Of a stretch of DNA of 64,000 nucleotides, positions 1 to 9,812 are shown piece after piece. A program made the translations under genes and the position numbers. The notes beneath the pieces are model-generated. The model searched no databases. It saw nothing but the letters and a program-made list of their open reading frames with translations, and was not told the origin of the DNA. Source of the stretch: Candidatus Poribacteria bacterium (lineage in GTDB: Bacteria > Poribacteria > WGA-4E > JAJDTR01); contig CBDCTK010000002.1 in the NCBI GenBank assembly GCA_965222225.1, positions 4,192,001 to 4,256,000 on the forward strand. Direction: 5' to 3'. Within the stretch, counting starts at the first letter, position 1. Every line of letters begins with the position of its first letter.

Positions 1-55
1 TGAATCCCCAGTACGAAGGAGGGAATTCCGGATAAACAAATAGGGCTTTTCGCAT
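1..55 (-). CDS. 5' end of probable B12-binding radical SAM protein (runs off window)
   Basis: Manual translation MRKALFVYPEFPPSYWGF resembles the N-terminus of that family; GGAGA RBS upstream. Confidence 0.6.
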   Translation of the reverse strand, partial: MRKALFVYPEFPPSYWGF

Positions 56-99
56 ATCTTTCTCCAAAAGGTGAAAATCGCTAGTTCAATTACTGTTCA

Positions 100-120
100 A
101 TTGTGTACACAGTACACAAT
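100..120. promoter_or_regulatory. Operator-like palindrome ATTGTGTAC-N3-GTACACAAT
   Basis: Perfect 9-bp inverted repeat upstream of the gene starting at 55; GT..AC core as in GntR-type operators. Confidence 0.45.
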
Positions 121-155
121 AATTTATATCAATTCTTGTTAGTGAAGTCCGGAAC

Positions 156-704
156 TTATACTCTAGCCACACTGCCTTCAAACTGTTTGCCGAGCTGTTT
201 CTTTGCTTCTTTCAGGCGGCTGTATACAGTGCTTACTGGAATATTCAGCCGCTGACCGATTTCGGATGCGGAATAGCCACACATGTAAAACTCGTAGACC
301 ACTTGGCGGTACCTCGGGGAAAGCGCATCAACAGCGTACCGAACTTTCTCGGTAAGTCCGCGGTGAAGCGTCGCCAACACTGCCGATTCTTGAAGATTCC
401 ATGACTTCAACTCGTGGGTCAATCGTGAGATTCTGCACTGCTGGCTTTTTAGCCAATCCTTTGCAGTATTTCGGGCAATCCTGGCAATCCAACCTTCAAG
501 GTGATATGGCGGCTTCAACTTTCCGATTGCTTGATAGACCTTAATCCATGTTTCCTGCGCTAAATCCTCAATGTCGTGCCTGTTTTTTGTGAAGGCGCGA
601 ATATTTCGGACGACATGCTGTTGATAACGTTCTACTAGGTCCGGAAATGCGTCTTTACTCCGCTGGGCATTCCTGATTAGGGGGTCAATACATTGATAAT
701 TCAC
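156..704 (-). CDS. ECF sigma-70 factor; original ATG at 730 appears disconnected by an 11-bp duplication
   Basis: DIEDLAQETWIK..WIARIARN (region 2) and IGQRLNIPVSTVYSRL (region 4). Confidence 0.85.
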   Translation of the reverse strand: MNYQCIDPLIRNAQRSKDAFPDLVERYQQHVVRNIRAFTKNRHDIEDLAQETWIKVYQAIGKLKPPYHLEGWIARIARNTAKDWLKSQQCRISRLTHELKSWNLQESAVLATLHRGLTEKVRYAVDALSPRYRQVVYEFYMCGYSASEIGQRLNIPVSTVYSRLKEAKKQLGKQFEGSVARV

Positions 705-1005
705 GGATAATTCACGGATTTCGTATCCATAGTGTTTTATTTGTAGCTGTTACCGATTACATTAAGACGTAGGCTTTCATATAATATAAACGACATTGTC
801 ACAAGGAATTAGGGGTAGCGTCCAGATTTTTTTCGCACGACTCAATGAAAAGGTTCGCAAAGTAATAACAACGAAATGCACAGTCTCCGAATCAAATTTC
901 TGCTGCTGCACACAACCACATCATACATGTTATCACAACTTACGTATTATCTCAAGACAAATTTCTTGTTGGAGATTGGTCAATGTGTTAGAATTCTAGC
1001 ATTAG

Positions 1006-2934
1006 TTGTGCCGAATAAGGAGACAAGTGAAGATGCGGCGCCGGACCGAGAAAACAACGCATCATACGAAACATCTACCATTGGGCGTTTTGCACGGGTT
1101 GTATGTGCAATTGTTCCCGAGTTGCCTACTTGGTTTTCTGCTCATTTTCATTCAGCATGCTGCGAAATGTGATGTGACCAATCCTGTCCTTCCTGATGAT
1201 AAGACTACATATCTGATTCGGCAAATTTCCTTCCGGGGAAATAAGAACGTTGATCGAAAGGCGTTGTCAAGGGTATTCGGCGTACTCGCTGGAAAACCCT
1301 ATCACCGTGAAAAAGTAATGGCGGGATTGACGAGAATCATGAGCACATACAAAAATGCCGGATTTGTGTTCGCATCAATTAGTCCCGAAGTTGTACCAGT
1401 GTCCATTGATCAGGTACATGTCCGAATACAAATAGACGAGGGCGATCAAATCCGAACGGGACAGATTACCATGAGTGGGAATAGGTTGTTCCCCACCTCG
1501 GATCTGCAACGTGAGCTAAACCTACAGCATGAAACACCTTTTAGTCAAATTGCTTTGGAAAGTGGAATTGACCGAATTCTAGCACTATATAGTGAACACG
1601 GACACCCGAAGGCACAAATCAATTTATCCGAATTTCAACTCTTGCCTGACCACGGCAAAGTTGATTTTCACCTAAACGTACATGAAGGGGATAAAGTTCG
1701 TATTGGTGAAATCAAGTTCACAGGTCTAAAGAAAACAAAGTCTAGTGTTGTTTTGCGTGAGTTACCCATCGAAGTCGGCGATGTTTTCAATCAGCGTAAG
1801 ATTGACCAAAGTCTTCGACGCCTTACGAATCTTGGATATTTTTACGAAGTGAATCCTTTGGTGCTTGAAGAGGGAAAAACACAAGACACAATAATCTTTC
1901 ACGCGCAAATGACGGAAGCACGCACCGGTCGGTTTAGTGGTATTATCGGCTACGCTCCGCCCTCATCGGAGGTTGACGATGCCCCAAGGCTAACCGGGAC
2001 TATTGAGGCAAGCGAAAACAACCTATTCGGCACTGGACGCAGAGCAAACTTCTTTTGGAAATCGGGCCTGCTCAAAACGCTGCGATTTGGCTATCGGGAG
2101 CCTTGGGCATTCGGAAAACCCGCTAGTATAGGCGTGGAATACGCTCAACTGAAGCAACGGAATCAATTCACCGACGCGGAATCCGAGGAACAATCCGGCA
2201 GTCTGACAATTAGCACACAGATCCACGAGGCTTTTGAAGGTGCGTTGGCAATCTCCTATAAGCGAATTAATTCCGCGGCAGTGGGCCCTTCGCTACCCGT
2301 GCCCACAGGTCCGGTTGATTTGCTTCCTAGCTCCAACCGTTCATTTTCCCAGTTTCCGCGGAACGACTCTTTTGACGTTAAGGCACAGAACGGCGTCAAG
2401 TACGGTGTCACCTTCAGTCTCATGCGCGACAGTAGGAATTACTTTCTGAATCCTACGCGGGGGCGCCGAGATTCGGTGGCTTTTGAGTTTTCGCGAGGAG
2501 ACTTTAGACTCCAAAAGTTGTGGGCGGATTTCCAACAGTACCTTCCAACGTGGCGAAAGCAGGTTATTGCAATTGGTGTGCATGCTGCTACGACTTGGGG
2601 AGCCAACATCCCTCCGACGGAGCTCTTTTACCTTGGTGGTGCGAACACGCTGCGCGGTTATGACGAAGATTGGTTCTCGGGACCACGTCGCGTCTACGCA
2701 AACTTTGAATACAGATTAATTGTTGAGCGTGCCTCAAGAATCTTCATGTTCGTCGATTTTGGATCTGTGACACAGGTCAACCAACCGTCTGTCTTCGACC
2801 CGCTTCGCGTTGGTTACGGTTTCGGCATGCGATTGGAATCGCGAGGGGGTCTGCTGCGTATAGACTACGGACTTGCGGAAGGCAGCTCCGCGCTTCAAGG
2901 CAAGATTCATGTAAATCTCGGAACATCCTTCTAA
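1006..2934 (+). CDS. Omp85/BamA-TamA family outer membrane protein (POTRA domains plus beta-barrel); start uncertain
   Basis: POTRA-like repeats (I.F.GN), FYLGGANTLRGY motif, C-terminal Phe. Confidence 0.9.
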   Translation: MCRIRRQVKMRRRTEKTTHHTKHLPLGVLHGLYVQLFPSCLLGFLLIFIQHAAKCDVTNPVLPDDKTTYLIRQISFRGNKNVDRKALSRVFGVLAGKPYHREKVMAGLTRIMSTYKNAGFVFASISPEVVPVSIDQVHVRIQIDEGDQIRTGQITMSGNRLFPTSDLQRELNLQHETPFSQIALESGIDRILALYSEHGHPKAQINLSEFQLLPDHGKVDFHLNVHEGDKVRIGEIKFTGLKKTKSSVVLRELPIEVGDVFNQRKIDQSLRRLTNLGYFYEVNPLVLEEGKTQDTIIFHAQMTEARTGRFSGIIGYAPPSSEVDDAPRLTGTIEASENNLFGTGRRANFFWKSGLLKTLRFGYREPWAFGKPASIGVEYAQLKQRNQFTDAESEEQSGSLTISTQIHEAFEGALAISYKRINSAAVGPSLPVPTGPVDLLPSSNRSFSQFPRNDSFDVKAQNGVKYGVTFSLMRDSRNYFLNPTRGRRDSVAFEFSRGDFRLQKLWADFQQYLPTWRKQVIAIGVHAATTWGANIPPTELFYLGGANTLRGYDEDWFSGPRRVYANFEYRLIVERASRIFMFVDFGSVTQVNQPSVFDPLRVGYGFGMRLESRGGLLRIDYGLAEGSSALQGKIHVNLGTSF

Positions 2935-3088
2935 GCTATCGGCAACACGAAATTGAAACGGATTCGAAGAGAAGAAATGGTAAGGTTGCCCTGCCTGTAG
3001 CACCTCAATCGGAAGCCTGAACCAAAAACAAGAATCTATTTCTAACCAACATTCTTAGCAGATTGGCAACAGCCAACAAGGAGGACGA

Positions 3089-3478
3089 ATGGCAATCAAC
3101 AACATCCACAAAATAGCTTTGGTGACAGACGATGTCGAAGCTGCTGTCAACTTCTATACCCAAACATTGGGGCTTGAAGTCATGGAACGCTTCCCCAACG
3201 AAGACGATGACGACTATGCCTTTCTTAGGGCAGGAGACATCATCCTAGAACTCATGCCGCAAAAAACCACCCAAGCGGATTTAGGTTTCCACCACATTTC
3301 TTTCAAGGTTGACAGTGTGGACGACAGCGCCCAGGAATTGAAGGACAAGGGAGTAGAACTTGAAGAAGAACCGTTCGATGCGGGAGACACCGGAATTCGT
3401 CTGTCATTCTTGAGAGGTCCAAATGAGATGCTTTTGCAATTATTTCATCGAAGTCTGCCAGACTCGAAACAAAGTTAA
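3089..3478 (+). CDS. VOC/glyoxalase family protein
   Basis: DDVEAAVNFYTQTLGL and GFHHISFKVDSVD motifs; GGAGG RBS. Confidence 0.9.
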   Translation: MAINNIHKIALVTDDVEAAVNFYTQTLGLEVMERFPNEDDDDYAFLRAGDIILELMPQKTTQADLGFHHISFKVDSVDDSAQELKDKGVELEEEPFDAGDTGIRLSFLRGPNEMLLQLFHRSLPDSKQS

Positions 3479-3656
3479 ATGATAGTTACAGTGGAGTAAA
3501 TTCGCGCTTTGGGACCCACGTGTCAATTTTGAAGATGGTACCGTTTTTCCAAGTTCACCAACCTTTTTCATCATGCGTTTCCGAGGGTGTCTTCCTCTAG
3601 GAGTTTGAAACAGACCAAGAAGACATTTCACGTAAAATTTACACCACTAAGGTCAC

Positions 3657-4493
3657 TTATTTCTCTCCCTTGCGAACCTTTTCTTGGGTTTTATTATAGC
3701 GTTTCTCCATCTCAGGTACCTGGCATTTCAAATATTCTTGTTCGGAAGACCGTGCCACTTCAAGCGAAGGAGGAATCGGTATATCAATGACTGCAGTGGT
3801 GATTTGATCGTTGCCCCACTTGTAAGCAACAATCTCTCCTTTGCTGATAATGAGATTCAGTCCTACATTTGCTTCAACAATCGGCACGCCGTTCTCCCGC
3901 GCCCGTGCCAAAACAGTTTCGTTCTGTGCTTTGAGTTTGGAACCGTACGAAGGGATAAAAATTAGGGCGGCACCGTCAAGCACGAGCGTGCGCGTGATTA
4001 GTGGATTCCAACGATCATTGCAAATGACAATGCCGGCACGACCAAGAGGAGTGTCAAACGCGCGAAGCGTATTACCAATGCGATTGAAATTCCACGATGG
4101 ATGAGTACCTTCAGCCAACTGAGTTTTATGGTACCTTCCACAAATTTCGCCGTTGTCGTCAATAAACACGCCGCAGTTGTAAACATCGCCACCTAGGCGT
4201 TCGGCAAAACCGAAGCATAAACAGGTATTCAGACTTTTGGCAAGACGCTGGAAACGCCGGATGTAAGGACCGTCGATCGGTTCAGCGATTTCAAGCATCG
4301 CCTCCGCCTTTTCCGGATGGTAGATTACATCCATGATCACGTAACCTTCCAGTGCACCCTCCGTGGTCAGAATCACATGTGGCTTCGCTTTAGCCGCTTG
4401 AACAAAGAATGCTTCCATCTTGTCGGCATTTGCAACTTTATCCCATTTCGCAGGCTTGAGTGAGATGGCTGCCACTTTGACTGAGTTATACAT
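3657..4493 (-). CDS. Carbon-nitrogen hydrolase (nitrilase superfamily)
   Basis: Catalytic E (TTEG), K (YHK) and C (ICND). Confidence 0.9.
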   Translation of the reverse strand: MYNSVKVAAISLKPAKWDKVANADKMEAFFVQAAKAKPHVILTTEGALEGYVIMDVIYHPEKAEAMLEIAEPIDGPYIRRFQRLAKSLNTCLCFGFAERLGGDVYNCGVFIDDNGEICGRYHKTQLAEGTHPSWNFNRIGNTLRAFDTPLGRAGIVICNDRWNPLITRTLVLDGAALIFIPSYGSKLKAQNETVLARARENGVPIVEANVGLNLIISKGEIVAYKWGNDQITTAVIDIPIPPSLEVARSSEQEYLKCQVPEMEKRYNKTQEKVRKGEK

Positions 4494-4743
4494 GATTTGA
4501 CTGCCTCATTTGTAACAATGGTATGGGGAATCAATTCGATAGTATGGAAAGTGTCGAGTAATATGACGCTTTTCGCTGAAAACCGAAACCTCAAGTTATC
4601 CGTGGAGTGCATACGGTTCAGAATCATCCTCGGATTTACGTGGAACGATGGATTTTGGCGTGGTCACTCCCTCTTACTCAACACTCATTAAGGCATCCGA
4701 CGTGTTACGGCGTGATTGTAATTTTTCCGATTTCACCCATTGA

Positions 4744-4772
4744 TAGACGCATTTTTTTGCGAATATAGTTCC
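4744..4772 (-). promoter_or_regulatory. Candidate ECF-sigma promoter GGAACT-N17-CGTCTA
   Basis: Matches the generic ECF -35 GGAAC / -10 CGTC consensus; points at the nitrilase gene. Confidence 0.4.
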
Positions 4773-5185
4773 CAAGCCGGTTGAACCATCGTGGAGATAT
4801 TGCCAACACTTTCTACATCAATGTATTCTAATCGATCCCATTTAAATAATCAAGAAAAATGAGAATCTACGCACCAATTCCGGTGTTCTTTGGTTTCCTC
4901 GTATTAGTTGCGGATGTCTGGGCAATATCTATTGATTTTCTCTTTGATTTTGGTATACTAACGTGAGTTTGAGGCAAGCATACAGTGCCAAGCAGTGCCA
5001 AGATTGGACAGTCAAGGATGCTAACATGGCAAAGTAATGCTTGTTCTTATCTGCAAGTTTCGTAGTTCGGTAAACGTTGTACCATCGATTCACCATAGTG
5101 GAACGTTGGGGAGACGTTTACGAGAATGATTTTGTCACAATACACTTTCAAAAACACGATGTGCGACTTACCAAGGGGAGGGTCT

Positions 5186-6083
5186 ATGGCTATTGACGTT
5201 TGCGCCGACGAAGTATTGGATCTTATTGATGCTGACGCGCAGGTAGAAAAATTGGGCACAGGTTGTCAATTCACCGAAGGACCGGTATGGAATTCAATGG
5301 GTGGATTCCTGGTGTTCAGCGACATTCCCGCGAATCAGATGAAGAAGTGGACGCCTGAATCCGGGATTATCAATTTCCGTGTGCCATCAGGCAAATCCAA
5401 TGGCTTGACTTACGATAGGCAAGGACGGCTTATTTCATGTGAACATGCGAATCGTCGCGTATCACGAACCGAAGTTGACGGAGAAATTGTCACAATCGCA
5501 TCACATTACGATGGCAAGCGTTTGAACAGTCCGAACGATGTTGTTGTAAAGTCGGATGGCAGTATCTATTTCACCGATCCACCCTACGGATTAACCGCAG
5601 AATACGGGATGCTAGGAAAACAGGAGTTAGGTTTTCAAGGAGTCTATCGACTCTCGCCTGACGGCGATAATTTAGCGCTTCTAAGCGCTTCTAATTGATG
5701 ATTTCGATCGCCCAAACGGACTTTGCTTCGCTCCAGATGAGTCAATTCTCTACATCAACGATTCATCGGGTCGGTCGCATGTCAGGGCTTTCGATGTCCA
5801 GCCCGATGGTACAATCGCAAACGGACGACTCTTTGCTGATGTCGTGGGTGAGGGCGGAGCCCCTGATGGAATGAAGGCGGACCAAGAAGGGAATGTCTAT
5901 GCGACAGGCCCTCGTGGTGTTTGGATTTTCGATGCATCCGGGAAGCACCTAGGTGTCATTGAAACACCCGAAGGTGCAACTAATTTCGCTTGGGGGGAGT
6001 CTGACTGGAAGACGCTGTACATCGCGGCTAAGACGTCACTTTATCGCGTAAGGTGCAAGGTTGCGGGAATTCCTGTTTTTTGA
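5186..6083 (+). pseudogene. SMP-30/gluconolactonase family, frameshifted
   Basis: ORFs 5126-5698 and 5844-6083 join (..DNLALLIDDFDRPNG..) when one copy of AGCGCTTCTA (5674-5683, 5684-5693) is removed. Confidence 0.9.
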
Positions 6084-6135
6084 AATCACGATCAATGCCA
6101 AACTGAAATTGTGCCTACTTAACGAAAATGACGAA

Positions 6136-6163
6136 CACCCTAGTTGAATGATCAACTAGGGTG
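6136..6163. terminator. Perfect 12-bp hairpin, possible terminator
   Basis: CACCCTAGTTGA-atga-TCAACTAGGGTG between convergent genes; no clear U-tract. Confidence 0.4.
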
Positions 6164-6276
6164 GCAGGCAATATCCAACTTTTGTACTTTACGATATGCT
6201 AGGCTTGTGATAGTATAAAAATATTGGCGGCCATACTTACGACTCATTGACAGAATCTGTACTACAAACCGAATCT

Positions 6277-7093
6277 GAGAGTGTTCACACAAAGATAGAT
6301 AAGGCAATCTTCTGATACCGACGGAAGACCTCTGGGTCGCTCAAAGCAGTCCATAACTTCATGGCATTGTCCACCATCTCAAGTTTCTTGGATACTATTT
6401 TGGTGCGGCGTGTGAATCGTCCAAGATGATGGCGTGTATTGCTGTTATCACGTTTGACTGTTGCTGTCCCTGATTTCCCGATGTGATGACGCTCCGCAGG
6501 AAGTACCTTGGCAAACGCTTCCCAATTGTCAGTGTAATACTGGCAATCACTTAAGTGTTTCACTTTGTCGAATAGCCGTCTGAAGGTATGAGCATCACGA
6601 CCACCGATAACCCAGGCAACGGTTTTGCCTGTTTCACGAGAAACTGCTTTGTGAATCCATCTTTTGTTTTTTTTGACCCGATAAAATGCCACATCTCATC
6701 AAATTCCAATTCACGGGTATTGATTGGAATCTCAGGCTCCGACAACAGGGCTGCTTCCTTTGCAAGCCATTTTTGAACAGTACTTGGCGATACATTAAAC
6801 AAGTTGGCAATAGTGCCATAAGATGCTTTTGCAAGGGAGTAGAGAATTACTGCAAAAGCACGCTTGATGGTGGTTTGAGGGTTGGTTCTCTCGTCTCCCT
6901 CAACGAAATTATAACCGCACGTTTTACAACGGTATCGCTGTTTGGAACGAACGAATCCGTTTTTCGTGACTTCCGAACTTTGACAGTTCTTACAGTTTGA
7001 CATAATATCTCCTTCCTGACCTTTCTGGTTAGTTAGAGGAATTATATCATAAATCTATCTATATGGCAATACTCTCCAAAATGTAACACTGCC
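6277..7093 (-). mobile_element. IS1-family element (InsA 6560-7003, InsB 6285-6692, -1 frameshift)
   Basis: Zn ribbon CKNC..CKTC, HTH, ELEFDEMW/TDNW DDE motifs; A8 slippery run at about 6667-6674; IR GGCAGTGTTACATTTTGGAGAG at 7093; other end only partial. Confidence 0.88.
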
Positions 7094-7120
7094 TTTTGGA
7101 TTACATAACGGAATACACGA

Positions 7121-8347
7121 ATGCAGGTAAATCGAGAGCGGTTCCTGGAACAGGGGTACCTAATCCTTCGAAACGTCGTCCCGCCAAATGAGTTGAAGGG
7201 ATTGCGAAAAAGTTACGAGATTCTCGTGGAACGCCAGCGGGCAATATGGGCACGAGATCGATTGCCTGACGACCTGCCCGGCGGCGTTTGGGAGAGTTCT
7301 CCCCAGCCACGATTGATTCTCAATTCCGGAAGAGAGAATGGTTCACCGCTAATCGACCGTGAGACTGCCAATGCAGTGGAGTTCTGGCTTCATGAAAATA
7401 CGCAGGGCGTCAGCAGCCAATTGATGGACGTGAACGACGCCGCAGTCACCGAGATGTTCCTGATGTGCAACCCTGTGCGCGACCGTGGACCTGCAAACTG
7501 GCACCGAGACATCCATCCAATTGACACCGCACCGCTGATGGGTTATATTGAAGACATTAAGGAGAACGGACCTAGCTACGTACAATTGAACATTCCGCTC
7601 TATGATGACGAGGTGCTTTGGGTTGTGCCCGGCAGCCACATCCGACTCAACACCGAAGAGGAGAATTGCCAGTTACTGGAAAATCCGCATGCACCGCTCC
7701 GTAGCGGCATTCAGACGCACTTGGCAGCAGGGGATGGTGTTGTCTACATTACCCCAATCCTTCACTGGGGGAGTAACTACAGCACTAAGCTACGTCGTAC
7801 TATCCACGGTGGATTTGCAAGATGGGGAAGGACCTATTACGAGAATCTGGACTTCGCGCAGTACCTTAATCTCGGAGCGCGCGAAACCATCGAAAGGTGG
7901 GCATGCCGCAGCGCAGAGGCACAGGATTGCACTGAAGCGGCGCTTCGTGCAGTAATTTCCAAAGACGGAACCACATTTCGACAATGTATTGAGAGAATAC
8001 ACCCGGGTGTTGGCGAAAATGGAAAAAGGCTGCAGACAGTTTTCCTGTGTAAAGCCGCCATTCATATTCATTGCACGAAACGCCCCAATCTCCCAATTGT
8101 ACCGGAAGACCTTAGCAATCGGGGAAAGCGGGCGCATTCGCTGACTCTCAATTGGGGGCCACAATTCGCGGATCGCTTTACATTGGAGGAGGCAGACGCG
8201 CTCTGGGCAAGGTTCGAGGGCCTAGATGCCGCACTGCAACAAGATGAAGAACACTTTTCCCCGGGCTTTCAGTCGGGACCAATGCGCTACAACTTCAATG
8301 AGATGCCGGCCGACTTCCATCTCGACGATTTCATCGCAAGCTGGTGA
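7121..8347 (+). CDS. Phytanoyl-CoA dioxygenase (PhyH) family Fe(II)/2OG oxygenase
   Basis: F..GYL, WHRD, VVPGSH, LHWG..N..RR. Confidence 0.85.
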   Translation: MQVNRERFLEQGYLILRNVVPPNELKGLRKSYEILVERQRAIWARDRLPDDLPGGVWESSPQPRLILNSGRENGSPLIDRETANAVEFWLHENTQGVSSQLMDVNDAAVTEMFLMCNPVRDRGPANWHRDIHPIDTAPLMGYIEDIKENGPSYVQLNIPLYDDEVLWVVPGSHIRLNTEEENCQLLENPHAPLRSGIQTHLAAGDGVVYITPILHWGSNYSTKLRRTIHGGFARWGRTYYENLDFAQYLNLGARETIERWACRSAEAQDCTEAALRAVISKDGTTFRQCIERIHPGVGENGKRLQTVFLCKAAIHIHCTKRPNLPIVPEDLSNRGKRAHSLTLNWGPQFADRFTLEEADALWARFEGLDAALQQDEEHFSPGFQSGPMRYNFNEMPADFHLDDFIASW

Positions 8348-8448
8348 GTGCCTCTGTCATCTGGGTTACTATCAGTTGTATTAACAAGCTATTTCGAGTC
8401 GGGTTATTCGGGTTATAGGGACCGCACGACTTTTGATTCAAGAGCGCT

Positions 8449-8820
8449 ATGGCCGTTGACAAACTGCAGATACAGGAATGGCTGGAGAAATTCCGAGATG
8501 GAACGCTAACGGAAGATGATTTCCAACGGGTGTTGCACCGTTTGAACGATCAGCCCCGAGAAAGAAAAAGACAGCAGAAATTGCTGTATTTGCACACGAG
8601 CACGACTGGCGTAGATTCCGAAGTGCTTGCCATGGCACTAGTGGACAATGGTCAAATCTTTGAGGGGCCGGGAGATCCCGCGGAGTGGCCCTATAACTCA
8701 GTGATTTCGGCAATAGACGATGGATGGCGCGTCATCAAATTCCCCGAAATGGCGCTACTTCTTCAGGAGGATAAAACATTTGGCCTCGGCTGCGAATTCA
8801 TCCTTGAGAAATTGGAGTGA
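8449..8820 (+). CDS. Hypothetical protein (123 aa)
   Basis: Protein-like composition; co-oriented between two PhyH genes. Confidence 0.7.
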   Translation: MAVDKLQIQEWLEKFRDGTLTEDDFQRVLHRLNDQPRERKRQQKLLYLHTSTTGVDSEVLAMALVDNGQIFEGPGDPAEWPYNSVISAIDDGWRVIKFPEMALLLQEDKTFGLGCEFILEKLE

Positions 8821-8857
8821 ACCTACTGCCGTACTTGGTGAATCAGAGGATGTTTCC

Positions 8858-9730
8858 GTGGGCACGCTAACACCACCGCCGCCACACGTAGGAAGTGTGT
8901 ACGATTGCGAACCAACACTTAACGACCAGCAAGTGTTGGAATTCTGCCGCAACGGTTACATGATACTTGAAGGCGTCGTTGAAGATGCAGTGAATCGGCG
9001 CATGATGGCTTTCGTTGAGGCGCATCCGGAACATCAGCCACTCCAAGTCCTAAGTGAAGATTGGTTCGTTGACGGTGTGATTAAGAATCAGCAGGCAGCG
9101 GGGGCTGTACGCTCATTATTGGGTCCGAACTTCAAACTTCCCCAGACATTGTGTAATCACCGTGCCGAGTGCCCTGCCCCAGCACAAGGTTGGCATCGAG
9201 ACGGCGGATCAATCTACACGCCGAGGCTCGATTATCTCCAAGTTTTCTACTACCCTCAGGATACACCGAAGGAGTCGGGACCGACCGACGTGATTCCGGG
9301 ATCACACTTTATGCGAAGCAAGGCGAACTACATGGGACACATTCGCAGCGTGAAGTTAGCCGAATCAACCGCCGCGCCAGCAGGCTCAATTTTTATAACG
9401 GTGTATTCTATCTGGCACCGCAAATCCAAAAGCACGACCACTGGTTTCCGCAACCTATTCAAATACAACTACTGGCGGACATCCCAATCTTGTCGTGATT
9501 GGATTGTCGATCCCGACTTTGATTTTTCTTGGCCCACATTCAATAATAATCCACATTTTGAGCAGTTTAAGTGCGGCATTGCGGCAGCCGAAATGTTCTG
9601 CTGGTTGTCCGGCGAAGTGTACGAACATACAGGCGGCCAGTGTTGGCCATGTGAAGCACCATTCAAACTACCCTTTGACCAAGAGGGATTGCCGCGCGGG
9701 CTGCGACGATATTCGGACTCGACGCACTAA
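8858..9730 (+). CDS. PhyH family dioxygenase (likely GTG start at 8858)
   Basis: EFCRNGY, WHRD, GPT..IPGSH, IWHR; GAGG RBS. Confidence 0.85.
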   Translation: MGTLTPPPPHVGSVYDCEPTLNDQQVLEFCRNGYMILEGVVEDAVNRRMMAFVEAHPEHQPLQVLSEDWFVDGVIKNQQAAGAVRSLLGPNFKLPQTLCNHRAECPAPAQGWHRDGGSIYTPRLDYLQVFYYPQDTPKESGPTDVIPGSHFMRSKANYMGHIRSVKLAESTAAPAGSIFITVYSIWHRKSKSTTTGFRNLFKYNYWRTSQSCRDWIVDPDFDFSWPTFNNNPHFEQFKCGIAAAEMFCWLSGEVYEHTGGQCWPCEAPFKLPFDQEGLPRGLRRYSDSTH

Positions 9731-9812
9731 ACCCGCCGTGACCAAGTCGAGTATTTGGAGCAAGATACGGATCAAAAACTTAACTGCCCTGATAAAGCCG
9801 GAATTTTAAAAC

